Assembly (NCBI GenBank): GCA_025603075.1
Contig: MU626428.1
Span: forward strand, 1 to 41,656
Source: Neoconidiobolus thromboides FSU 785
Taxonomy: Eukaryota; Fungi; Entomophthoromycota
DNA: 41,656 bases
Reading direction: 5' to 3'
A model generated the notes under the pieces. It was given only the letters and a program-made list of their open reading frames with translations, did no database searches and was not told the DNA's origin. Shown here in pieces: positions 10,463-23,600 of the stretch. The first letter of the stretch is position 1. Each line of letters starts with the position of its first letter. The position numbers and the translations under genes are program-made.

Positions 10463-11188
10463 TATAGCTTTTTTTAAAAATAAAATTGATTTTAATACTT
10501 ATTGCCTTTTTAACCATTAAGCTGTTGAATCATGAGAATAACTCATGGAATTTTAAATGGTTCTTTATTTGTTACTGCCGGTCTTTTTAAAAAATCTTTT
10601 TTGAAAGGAAAACATGCTTATGCTTACACGAAAGTTGAATTGTTATATTTGAGATAAAGTTCTTATATTACATTTTAAAAATAGTATTATTAAAATTAAA
10701 TCACTTGCTATCATTAATATTAAAAATTATACTGTCATTTCAAATTTTAAATTGTATTATAGTTCGGGTTGGATACTAAAAGAAATTTGAAGTTGAATTT
10801 ACTGGCAGTGGAATCAAAATTAGGAAACTTTTGAGCAATACTTTTGTTACTTTTTAGCAGCTTAAAATTTAAAAGAATACTAAGCAAATCCTAAACAAAA
10901 TGTCTATTAAAGCTTAAAACTGAATTAATCTATATTAGGGTAGATTATAAGGTATTTGCGATTCAGGAGTTCCCTAAAATTGCCAATGATGCATTGAAAG
11001 TTTACAATATTTTTAATAAATTAGTCCTTTTCTAGCTATTTATATTTGTCATTTATCCAGATGTACGTTGTTTAATAAGAGATTTAAGCTTGTTTATATT
11101 TGATTTTATATTTCCTTTCAATATATTAAGTTTTACTGTATTGTATATATTCTTGAAAAATCCATAAACCCTATACATTTTATCATAT

Positions 11189-11285
11189 GAGGATGTTTTT
11201 TTGGTTTCATCATTTTTTCCATTTTTTAAGTGCACTTTGAGAAGAAAAATTACTAGTAAAATTTTTAAACAAAAAATACATTCTC
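11189..11285 (-). mobile_element. MITE copy 5
   Basis: GAGGATGTTTTTTTGG...AAAAAATACATTCTC; flanks ATAT/ATGT (3/4 match). Confidence 0.85.
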
Positions 11286-12163
11286 ATGTGTTTATTATCA
11301 AGCATTTGCGAAAATTGATTTTGAATTCAAATCAATCTATAATTGTTTTCAGTTAACATAATTAAAATAAAAATATAGAAATAAAAATAATTTTTTTAAT
11401 TTCTAAATTTAGTTTTGGTCTTAAACTTTAAAAATTCATATTAATATTAATATCTGCTAAAACTTTTACTAAGTCATTTAGTTCCCTGATCTACTAATTG
11501 TCAAAATTGTCTTTATAGTTAGATTAATGTTCAGTTTGGACTCAATTTTGATATCTAATATAATATAGTATTAGTCAAAGCATCATTTATAAAAAAATTC
11601 TATAGTAACAAGAAAAATCAAAATTTTAGAATCAAATTGCTTTGTATATAAATTTAAATAGGTATATTCAATAATAAACAGAACATTTTATTTTTTATTG
11701 AAAACTAAATAATTTTCTAAATTTCAAGCTACCTCAAAATTGGACAAAAAATCAAAAACGGATATTCAATCAAAGTCTTTGAATGCTATATATTGCTTTC
11801 CTTAACTCGGTACTATATTTCAAGTTACCATATAATAATACTATAGGAATTGAAAATTGAGCGTTCTACTCTGGGAATGTTCTTTCAAATCCTCTAACCA
11901 CCAAAGTTCTATTAGTGTAGATTCTTCCAACCAAATCTTCAAAATCTGTAAACGCTAATTTAATAAATAAAATGAAGATTAATTTCAATATTTTAATTAT
12001 GGGACATTAAATGTTATTGAGGCAACTAAATCAATAGAAAGCTTGTATTTTATTAGACTTTGTTTCGTTATTAGTGGTAAAATAGCCTTGTCATGAGAGG
12101 CAATTGACTTCAGTAAATCACTTATGATATAACATGACTCATTTTTTAATTTCTTAGTGATAT

Positions 12164-12262
12164 GGCAATGTATTTTTTTATTAAAAATTTTTGCTAACAA
12201 CCTCTCCGCTCAAATAGTGCTTGAAACATGGAAAAAGTAATGAAGCTAAGAAAAACGCCCCT
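12164..12262 (+). mobile_element. MITE copy 6 (diverged)
   Basis: GGCAATGTATTTTTT...CCGCTCAAATAGTGCTTGAAACATGGAAAAAGTAATGAAGCTAAGAAAAACGCCCCT; flanks ATAT/ATAT. Confidence 0.82.
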
Positions 12263-12578
12263 ATATTTAATCTATTGCTGATAATGTGTGCTTGTTTTAT
12301 TTAGAGAGTTTAGTACATAGTTTTATGAAGTTGCTTAACTATACCCTTTTAATAATATAGACAGCTACAGTTAAATCTTTAAACATTAAAATATCAAGCA
12401 CTTTTCGATAATCATTACTCAAGCACATGTTCTCAAAAACCAACGTCACACTTACTATTTGTTTTGTAATTGTTATTTTATAAAAATTAAACTAAATAAC
12501 CATGAATTTATATTTTATATGAATATTTATTAAATTTATTAAAGAAAAATCAATATTAATTAACTAATGGTAATACAG

Positions 12579-15500
12579 TTAAATACGAGAAAAAGGAGAA
12601 GTAGGACTCAAAGGTTGAGAAGCAGAAGGTGTTAAACTATATGAATGTCGAACAACGTAATCTCTATGAGCTAAATTAGTGTTAATACCCACCTTAGTAG
12701 AAGGGGAAGGTAAATTAGGTGAAGTAGGGCTCTTAAATGAAGTTGGTACTTCATTGTTATCATTATTATTTATATTACATGTGTTCTCTAAATTGGTGGG
12801 AACTACTTTGCGAAGGTATGACTTTAAGGTTGATTCTTTTGTATAGAAACTAGCATTTTCTTGTGATCCTTTACTAGAATTGCTTTCAGGGAGAACTGGC
12901 CCAATAACTGCTTTTAACAAATTAAGTGATGTTTTGGGTGAATAATCTACAACTCCATGGCGTATCATCATTGGTGCAATACTGTTCCTCTCGGAGGAAT
13001 TGAAAGTGTGGCTTCTATCTCTTCTTTTGGGACTAATTAATAGTGTTTCATCTATTCCTGGAGAAACCTCCACAAGGTTACTAGTATCAATTTTTTTATC
13101 TGGTATAGCATTATATTCAAATGATGCCATTTTCAACTTATTCTCAAGGGAATCTTTAGTATAATTGAAATTAAGTTGGTTATGTGACTCTTCATTAAAC
13201 ATAGGTGAATTAGAGGCCTTAAATATACCAAGAGTGCTTGTTGTAAGCTGAGTTTGAGCTGGAGTTTTTGGAGTGGAGTTCCAATGAGATGTATGTGGGG
13301 CTGGTACTTTAGGTGGTGGTGGTGGTAAAGGAGTTGAGAATTTACTCATTTTGTCAACAAAAGCAAGAGCGACATCATTAGAAGCTAACCTTTGATTCGC
13401 GACTTCAAAGAGAAGTTTCTGAATTAATGAGATCAAATCTTTGAACTGTTGTGTTTGTTCCAAAAAATCTTTTCTAAGCATAACAATATATCCTTTCAAT
13501 TTCCTACTACTTGAACTATCATTAAAACCTAAAGGCTTACCATTCTTTAAGGTATATTGGAAATGTTCAGTAGATTGCTCAAAGTTTAACCTAGCAGATG
13601 AATATAATGGTTGCTCAATTAAATCAAATTCAAGTTTTTGGAATCGCACTGATAAGAGACTGATGTTTTGTAAAATATTTTGAATAAGCTGATTGCTCAA
13701 TGGTACAAGATAGTTCATATCAAAAGTTCTTTGTAAATCTCGATTAAGAAGTTTGGGCTCAGTTTTCCTTAATCGCTCCATCAGCTCTTCAATTAGCGAA
13801 CTAAGTAAAGAAATCGGCAATGGTTTTGTTAAGCCATCTTCAGTTAGTTTTACTTTAAAGTTTTCTGGAGATGTATCTGATTCATGTAATTGTTCATAGA
13901 GCCTTGGGTGATTAGAGGCCGGATTTTTCTTTTTTGTTGTCTTAAAACTGGATTTTGGAGTGGACGAACCAGAATCGTGGGATGAAGCTAGTGACATATA
14001 GCTAGGATTTGAGCTTAAATTTGGGATTTTGTCAATTTTAATTGATGGTGTTTCATTTTTATATAATGAAAGATCCATAATACTACGAGATTTACGAAGA
14101 GAGTGATCAGAAGGAGCTGAATTTACTGGGCTGCTCTCTTCAACATCTGAGAGCATGAGGAAGTCAAAGTTAAGACTAGTAGGACGATTTTTACTATGTC
14201 TTGTAGATCTTAATGTCTCTTTTTTTATCTCAATAGAATTAATACTATCCTCATAATCTGGTAGCTCATTTGTTGTAAAATCATTACCTTCATAAAATTG
14301 CTTTAAAGAGCTTTGTGTGGTATAGATGCCACTATCTCTTTGATTGAAATCACAGGTTGAGTTTAATTTACCACTTCCAACAGAAGCTGAATGACGGAGT
14401 GTTTTAACCATTTCTTTAGGGGATATTTCTTCAGGTAATGCTCTTTTTAAATCATCAAAGAGATTCATAATAGTTGGACTAGGTTCATCTTGATTATCCG
14501 AAGCAGAATCCTTACTAGTAGATTTTATGAAAGGTAAGGAGTTAAATCTATGTTTTTTTGGTCGATCATTTTTAGGAGAAGTGGTGGTTAATAATATTCC
14601 ATCTGGATGAACTTGATGTACACCATGATAGTCTGAAAGCGCATCGCAGCATTGCATCACTTCTGCCTTAAGTCTTCCATTAGTAGCGCTAAGCTCCTTG
14701 ACCACGGATATCAGCGTAGTAACTTGATTTTGTAAGTGGTTTGGATCTGCAGCTAAAGATGTAACTTCATGTAATGCTTGGCTAAGTTTTTCATTAGATT
14801 CTTTAAGCCAGGCTACTTTTTCATAGGTAGTATTATCACTATTCTGTTTCTTAATAGACACTTGGAGTTTTTTATTATCCTTCCTTAGTTTTTCTAAAAA
14901 AATCAATAAATAACTTTAAAAGGGAAACATTTTACCATGATGAACTTTGAGCTGACTATATTTGTTTTCTAATACTTTCCGCGCTCTTTGTGACCTATTA
15001 AGTTCAGTTTCAAGCTCATATATCTACTGGATATTAGTTTATTTTTTATTTATTAGCAAACAATTTACCTTATCTTGAAACTCTTCAGATTTAAAATTTA
15101 GTTTTCTCAATCTTAAATTCTCTCGTTTAAGTTTATCTATTTCTAAGTCTAATGAATCTACTTCAGCATTTAAGCTCTGTGCTCTACTCTGTTGACTTGA
15201 AAGGTCCTGAGAAGTTTGTAGCAATTGCTGCTGTAAGCGATTTCTTTCTAAAGTTAGTTGACGTTTAGCTTCTTCAGCAGCATCAAGTTTATTCTGAAAA
15301 TCGTGATTTCTTAAACGGAGACTATCTACCTTAAAATAAAGTTTGTATTTGATCTCTTTATTTAAAAATGATTACCTCTTCTCTTAAGTTCGCTATCGAA
15401 CTATAGCAATTCTGTAAAAGTAAATTAGTTTCTGGTGGATTGTATGGGCCATGAAAAGAATCGTCGTATTCATCTTCAGAACAAATCTGAGATCGGGCTG

Positions 15501-15809
15501 TAGGTGTCGAATATTTAGAGCTAGGAGTAGAAGTCTGGTTTTCTTTCTTATCTATTATTATTTGTTAATAAAACATAAGGTAAAAAATACAAGGAACAAA
15601 CTAAACAGATTATCTAGCTTGGACTTTCTTCTCTCGGCCAATGATTTCTCTTTAGTTGTACGTCTAAATCCATTATCTAAAAAATTAGTCAATATCGATA
15701 TATCGAATATTCAATCTTTACTTGATGGAAGTGATTTCGATAAACTATCTTCACAATGTTCTAGTAAAGCTTTATTAATTGGTGTATTAGTTGATTTATT
15801 TGAATCCAT
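12579..15809 (-). CDS. Large coiled-coil, Ser/Pro-rich protein of unknown function, ~1000 aa, 6 exons
   Basis: complement(join(12579..14893,14936..15023,15069..15329,15376..15551,15602..15676,15722..15809)) = 3003 nt. Five 42-50 nt GT-AG introns keep the frame and join track ORFs 15039..15224 and 12579..14906. Heptad-rich N-terminal third; no family recognised. Confidence 0.75.
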
Positions 15810-17629
15810 ATTATAAACATGAAACAAATAAAAGATTGATTGTAATAAATATGATATTGATAATAAAACAAGCTAATAAATGGTGATCATGGAGTAATTA
15901 TCAATTTTAATATTAATAATAAAATCTTTGATTTATTGTTTTGATATATTTTTACTCTATTCTCCACTAAATTTATATAGTTTAGAATTATAGATTGAGT
16001 TTTGATAATTTTGGAAAATAGGATGAATAATGATTTGCCCAATTAAAAAGCTTAGTTGAATATTGAGTTCTGTTATAATGGCACCTAACTATTCATTTTA
16101 TTGAGTTAACTTAAATTATAATTTTACATAATATTAAAAACTGAAACTTAGTTTGATCACAACGCCATTTGAATATTTTTAATTCAATCAAAATACAATT
16201 TTGGAAAAAAAGTTTTGAATTTCTTTTTTTTAAAATAAGAGGGGTTAGCTACACTCTTTGTTTGAAAGCGGATAAATTTTTAATCAATTAGCGATATTAA
16301 TAGGTTGCTATGATATAATATTTCAAGGGATATAAAAAATTGTATCAATATTTTATTAAATATAAGCCGGAGTAATAATATATTATCTTTTATTAATGAA
16401 AGTCGATTTCAAATTAAATCAAAACTAGAATAAGTAGGTAATAGAATATTCATGTTATTTGCTTTAAAAAGCTATCACATTTTGAAAAAAGTAAAATTTT
16501 TATCGTGAGAAATTATTAACTTAAGGGCAGTTATCATTTTTTAACGTACTTGCAGTTAATATAGCAATAAATAATTAAATAACGAAATCAGCATTTGAAA
16601 CATTAGAATTGATGTGAACCTCTAAGGTTTAACTCCAGCTATAGATCATACTCATTACTTCAGAGATACCTGATCCTTTTTACGAATAGAAGATAACTTA
16701 GATTGCAGGTTGCGACTTAATTTTTAAGACTCCAATCATAATTTAATATTTTACACATTTTCTGATATGATTTCAAAATAATTCACTCAATTTAAGTTAT
16801 AAAATCAAAATAATAATATGAAAAAGAGTTTAAAGGAGTTATTATTTTAAAAGGTGGAAGTTTTTTATTGCACTGTGATGATCTTGTACAAAATATTAGT
16901 TTTCAAAAATCAACACCTGGGTTGATATAATAAAAACTACAGAAATTTGCGCTAAATTCTTACCCACCTAAGTTGAATTTTTTCTTTTTTAACCTGTTCA
17001 TTTTTCAAGCAGCTTAAAATTTAAAGCTTAATTATTAACTTAAACATAAAAACATATTAAAACATTATATTTGTAGCTTATATTAGCTTTGGTTTTTTTA
17101 GTTGTTTATTAGAACATAAAAATACAATATTTCAGGTTACTTAAATATAAGTGAGGGATTACATCCTTTGATACCTAATTAATAATAAATTAGCCTCAAC
17201 CATCAATAGACAATGAATGATGAGTAATAAAATAAATTTTGAATACTTAGTATATTTAGTTGTGTTTGTCCTCTATAAAACGACAGATACATCTTACTAA
17301 GGTTCTTGATACAAAATTAAAATAAATTAAATTAAATCATGGTAGACTGAATATTATACCTCTGAATGTAGAATAGATAATTCTTAAATGATAATATACT
17401 TTAATTTATTGCGCAAAAGATAATGTTTGATTACAAATTCAGTTTGAGGTATATCAGAACATATCCGAAATTAAAAAAATTAAAAAAACCTAAGTTTGTC
17501 TAATATAATAGACTGAAAAAGAAGGCTAACTAGTAACAATCTATGATTGAATAGATAAATGTAAAAAATAATTTAATCAACTATATTTAATATAAAACTT
17601 TATTAAATAAATTATAATAATTAAATAAT

Positions 17630-18836
17630 TTAACTTTCATTGTACTTCGAAAATTTGGTTAAAAAACCATCCACTTGTTCTTTCAATTTGAATGCTAGCT
17701 TGGATGACGTTGAGTAATTATTTCTGACTTTATTTTCGTCCAATTCACTTAACTGAGTTTGATAATTTTCAATAAAACCCTTCATATAATTAGCTCTTTT
17801 AATCATATCTTTAAAAGATATTTTGCTATTTATGGTTCGTGCTTTTGGTGGAGGGCTTGGCCCACGTTCAATAATAGTAGAAAGCGACATGCTGGGTGGT
17901 GGTAATTTGACCATGATTTCATTTTCATTGAATAACTGAGTGTCTTCTTTTTCCACTGGTTCATCATATTGTATGTTTAAATGTTCTTTCATGAGGTGTG
18001 TTGTAACTGGAGAACTAACATCAAAGGTAAGCTTATTTTTGGATATTTCTGGGTTATGTTTTTTTGCTTTAATTTTTTTATTAGGTTCCTCACTATTCTC
18101 ATGCTTTATTTTACTTTTTTTAGCATTTTTGAGACCTGTTGCTGATTCTAAAAAATTATTACCATCATTATAACAATATACATATTACCTTTTGCTTTTC
18201 TTGCTTTTTCCTTTTTTTCTTCTTCAGATGATTTATCATAATTTACTTTGGTTACTTTCCTACCCCTCTTTGTAATGAATTCTTTCGTATTACCCTCTTT
18301 TTTATTTATATCTTTTGCGTCATCATCCTTTATGGTTGAATCTTTTGTACCTGTTTTTGAAATCACATTTAATTTAACTTAAAACTTGTTTTCGTAAGAC
18401 TAACCTTCATTTTGAGATGTTACTACGTTTTCATCATCTTCCTTTTTTGTCAACCTAAAAGGTATTAATATTTTTTGTTTACCTAACTCAAAACAGAATA
18501 CTTAGAAACTGGTAAAATTGCAACACACTTTTTGCAAAAATATGGTGATGGTTTTGATTCTTCATCTATGATATTAACACATAAACTATGTTGCCATACT
18601 TTACAGTTTTCACATTGTATTATTGATGCATTGTTATCTAGTTTTATTCACTTCAAACAAATAAAGATATAATGAAACGATTTACCTTTGCTTGAACAAA
18701 CACAACTTATCAAATATTCTTTTTCTTCTTTATCAATACTAGAGGAAGGCGTTTTAGTTGATACTTTCTTAGCTGAGCGGGCTTATCAAAAATATTAACA
18801 ACCATGGTTAATTAGATAGCTTATATCCTTACGCAT
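17630..18836 (-). CDS. PHD-finger protein, Cti6-like (Rpd3L HDAC-associated), ~321 aa, 6 exons
   Basis: complement(join(17630..18147,18189..18350,18405..18454,18502..18637,18686..18781,18833..18836)) = 966 nt. The spliced product has ISCVC...IIQCENCKVWQHSLCV...YFCKKC (C4HC3 PHD), a Lys/Glu-rich linker, and a C-terminal PPPKARTINSKISFKDMIKRANYMKGFIENYQ that resembles, from memory, the Cti6 C-terminal block. Confidence 0.82.
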
Positions 18837-19902
18837 TATTCATTAAATTAAAATATAAAATATAAAATATAAAAAATAAACTTTTTATATTTGATTTTAA
18901 CTATTAATTGGCCAATTATTTTTTGTTCCTTTTGCTTAAAGAATTTATTATAGTTGTTACAACTTTTTTGCGACTTGTTTAACGGTGATTTTTATAAGTT
19001 GTTTATTTGACCAATTTTTTTAACAGCTGATTATTTAATTTCAATTGAATTTTATTGTTGATTTTTTTCCTAAATAAGCAGATAATTAAGTTGTAAAAGA
19101 ATTGAAATAACCGCACTAACAATTAGATCGCTTCTCTGTCATCACCTTGTTTTACCCTTTAATTTACGCTAATTTTAAAGATAACAAATTAAATTCTCCC
19201 TTAAATAAGCCACCAAATTTAACCTAAATATCAAACATTATAAATATAAAAAATTATTTATAAACTAGAAATTTTTAGCAAAGAAATAAAGAGGAAATAT
19301 TCGGCACTTGTATAATGGAAAAATAAATGCCAGCTATACTAATATTATGAGAAGATATATTAGTAAGTCTAGCCCAAACCTAGAGTACACATGTCTTATT
19401 TTCCCAATCCTATTATCACAGGCTTAATCGCAATCCTATATATCAAGCCTGATGATTGGAAGGAAGCCAAGCCTTTCTATGAGATATTGAATAAAGTTTT
19501 AAGTATTTTAATGGTATCTATGATAAAGGCCATTCACGTAAACTAAGATACACCAAGTTCCATAAACTAACCTTCGAATCTGAATATGCAATTAATATAT
19601 TACATTTCACATTTGGAATCAATAATGTTATGATTAAAATGTCTAAGTGGTTCTGTTTTGATGATCTTAAGAATTTTTAAAAAAAAGCTATTTCAGTTCT
19701 CCTTAAAAGAAAACAACAAAAGTTATAAACTACCAGCTTAAAACCCCAAGCTTATTGCTTTAAATAACTATCGTAATTTAATTTTATGCCTCTTTATATT
19801 ATAATTTTAAATTGTAGTAAAAATAGTGTTATTTTATTTTCAGACAACACCAGCCTACAATTTTTTATACTAAATAAATTATATTTAAAATGAACAAAAT
19901 AT

Positions 19903-20001
19903 GGGAGTGTTTTTTTTGATTTCATTATTTTTTCCATTTTTTAAGCACTATTTGAGTGGAAAGATTGTTAGTAAAATTCTTAAACACAAAAAAACACCCC
20001 C
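19903..20001 (-). mobile_element. MITE copy 7
   Basis: GGGAGTGTTTTTTTTG...AAAAAAACACCCCC; flanks ATAT/ATAT; ~690 bp upstream of the BEACH ATG. Confidence 0.9.
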
Positions 20002-20687
20002 ATATTATAAATTACTGTATTTTTTTGTTAAGGAATTAAACTAATACATATTTTATATTTCATGTTACCCAAAAGTTGGATAAAATAAAATAAAATAAAA
20101 TATTTAGTAACAGTTGAGCATCTACAAGTATATAAAATATCTCCACTTTGTTGAAAAAAAATAATAAGTATCTTTCTGATTAATTTGTTACAATAGCCTA
20201 TTACAGAACTACTCAAAAAGAAATAACACGTATCACTTTGGTATTAGCCAAATAAAAATAAGTTTAATTCACTACTATTAAAATAGGTTGAATGTAAAAT
20301 TTCTTATATAATTCGGTCCTTTTATAAATTAAATGTTATCATAAGAGTGACACTTTAATACTGACTTAGTAGGATTTAATTTATGAAACTATCAAGTTAT
20401 ATAAAAAAATTTACGACTAAATTATTTTAGTAGTATTGTCAATATATATCATTTAATCGATTAGAATGCATTGTATTATCTAATCTATTAGAAAATGCAT
20501 TATCACTTTATATAAATGTTCTTGACCACTATCTATCTTTTATTTTTAAGCGTTTAATTTTAAGCCACATAAAATTTCTAGAAATTCCAATAAAATTTAA
20601 AATTTACTTTTAGTCATAACTAAGCTTACCTTTTTTAAATAACAAAAATTTACCCATTTCAGGCATTTTCTATTAAAAAAGCAATCG

Positions 20688-23600
20688 ATGAGTTGGGTAG
20701 CAAATTTAATGAAGAGAAAACCATCGGTATCAACGAAAAAGGGGAATGATCAAAGTGTTTCAACTGATTTACAAAACTCCGTTGGATCATCAGTTTTTCC
20801 CTCTGAAGCCTCTCAAAGATCCAGGTCGATTACAAGAACAACTGAAATGTATGAATTTGAGTCTTTATTAATAAAAACGTTACAATCTGATCCAGAAGAT
20901 GAAGAAAAATTACTAAGGAACAGTATATATGCATTTAATAATGCTTTCAATGATGAGTCAAAGCCAGTTACTAATCCCAATGAGATATTATCGCAATTCG
21001 ATGGTTTACTTGAGTTTATTTTTAAGTTAGCCGAGTTTTTAAGTCCAAAAATAGAGAAGGTTTATAATTGTATTGAGAAGGAAGAACAACTAGATGAAGA
21101 AGGGACAGTGTTTCTAATAGATAGCTTAAAAGTATTATGTATTATTATTAATTTTTGGAGTCCATCAATAAGAACTATTACTCACTCAAGTTTACCAAAG
21201 TTCATTTTGAGGACAAAGCTGGTGTATAATAGGATATTATGTGAAAGGGAAAGGATCGAGAGTGAGGAAGAAGAAGAAGATAGTGGATCAACATTGACTT
21301 TGGATTATGATAAAATTGTAGGTTCTTTATTAAGACGTTTGTTATCTGAGGATATCTTTGTAAAAGAGATGGTATTAAAAAACGAAGCTTTTTCTATATT
21401 TAATGCGTTTATTGATTATCCAACTGAAAGGTACATATATTATTTAATTAAAAATCGAATTATTTTATTAACTTAATAAGCTTAAATGAACTTGTAAATA
21501 TAGCAATAAAAGAAGCCAAAGATAGAGGAACTGGGTTATTAAAATATTTATCTTTCAAAAAATTTATAACTTTATGTTGTATTAAATTAAAAAAGATATT
21601 ATTAACCAACAACAATGAAGAGTTATCAAAACCACCAGTATTATGGACATTACAATTGATGAATAATTTATTGGAAGAAGCCAATTTATCAAATACTCAA
21701 TTACAAGAAGAATTTTTAAATTGTGGTGGTTATGATATGTTGGCTACTATTTTGGTCAATCCTCCTTTTTTAGACAAATTTATGGAACTAAAGAATTTAG
21801 TAATTAATATTTTGGAAAACTTAATCTTTATTGGAGAAGAAAAAAGTAGAGAAGAAATATTAGTATTAGCTAACATAGACTTTCCAGAAAATGAAATATT
21901 TTCTCCGTTAAATGGACCAGCTATACGTAACTTAAATGCATTAACGCCATTAATTTATGGATTATTATATCCAAAAGCAAAGCCCAATCGATTTGGTTTA
22001 GAAAATATTGTTTTAGAGCAACAACAAGAAGAAGCAAAAGAGGGGAAAGAAAAAGACAACAGTGAAGGAAATGAGCCACCATATGAATTTAAAGAAAAGA
22101 TATTAATGATATTAAATAATTTGGCTAAATTAAATTATACCAATTATCTATTAATTAATAAATATCATGTGATGTTAGAATTAATAGAAAATTTTTCCTC
22201 ATTGAGTTTATCAATGAAAGTAAGTTTATTATCTATTATGTACTTATTATTCCTAATAATTTATTTATAATCTAATAATTATCTATGTAGAATATAGTCT
22301 TGAATTTATTATGTCATAGTGTAAAACGGTTTGGCCATATACCCTTAAAAGAATTAAGTGTATTTCCAATTTGTTTAGCAGAAAGTCAATTCGATATTGA
22401 AGCTCAAGTATTATTATATGATACAATATCACAATTAAAAGGATATTTACCAAAGATACAAGATATTGCTAGAAATGTGGGATTATTAAGCTATTTATGC
22501 AATTATTTAAGCAAAATATTACATATAATCAAACCATATTTAACCAAAGATAATAATAATAATGAAGATATCATGTTATTATTAACTAAGGAACCAAAAG
22601 AAATCAAAGAACTAATAGGAAATAATAACAATGGTGATGAGAATTATATATTATTACTAATGTACCCAACAATATGTAATAATTTGGTTAAATTAATTGA
22701 GAACAACAGTAAAAATTTAACACATTTAAAACAACAATTACCAGATAACTTTTTTGATTCATTAAATTTTACTTTATTACGTTCTGGATGTTTATCAATA
22801 TTTTGTACATATTGTAATTTTTATTGTCAGCATCTAAAAGAAATTGAAAATAATGAAGAGAATATTGAAAAAGGTCAAAAATTATTTGAACAAATTATTG
22901 AAGTATTACAATTAAAAAATGATAACTTACAAATGAAAATGGAAATACTCTCAATTTTAATTAAAGTAGTTGATGGCAATTCTTCAGCTCAATATTGTTT
23001 TACGAAGGCAGGTGGTTTTGTTTGTTTATTATCTTGTTTACTGATGACAAAAGATATTAAAGGAGAAGAAGAGAATGAAAATGAACTTAAACTTAATTTA
23101 AAACTAGCATTTATTAAATTGACGTCATCCGTGTTTTTATCTACTTTAGCTAATAATCAATATTCTCAATGGTTTATTATTAATGAAGTTGGTCTCAATT
23201 TATTTGAAGAAGGTTTTGATTTAACAGGAATATTGGATAGTCCATTGACAATATCTTCTGGATTTGGTATATTATTAGGCTTAATTATGGGAGAAAGCTC
23301 ATTATTTGATGCATTTGATGATAAAATATTACAACAAAATACATTTGAAAGTCAGGAAAAATCCAGATCTTTTTTTGGTAATATACGATGCCCTTGTTTA
23401 ATACCAAGTATATTTTTCTTTGCTCCCAAATTATATGAATTACCTCAATTAGAGTATTTAGTTCTAAAATCACTATGGTCTATATTAAGTTCAAGTATAA
23501 GGAATCAAATTTATTTTTCTCAACAGCCAATTATTATTAAGTTTTTAAATTGGAGTGATAATTTGTTATCACGAAAGCAAGAAAATAGTATTTATTTAGA

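Noticed and set aside
11740-12160. Protein-like minus-strand frames next to MITE copy 6 (…AFTDFEDLVGRIYTNRTLVVRGFERTFPE*…)
   Set aside because: No start, consistent splice solution or recognisable domain; at most a remnant.
10856-17025. Exact 18-mer AGCAGCTTAAAATTTAAA at 10856 and 17008
   Set aside because: One such AT-rich match is roughly expected by chance across this much intergenic DNA, and the flanks do not extend the alignment.
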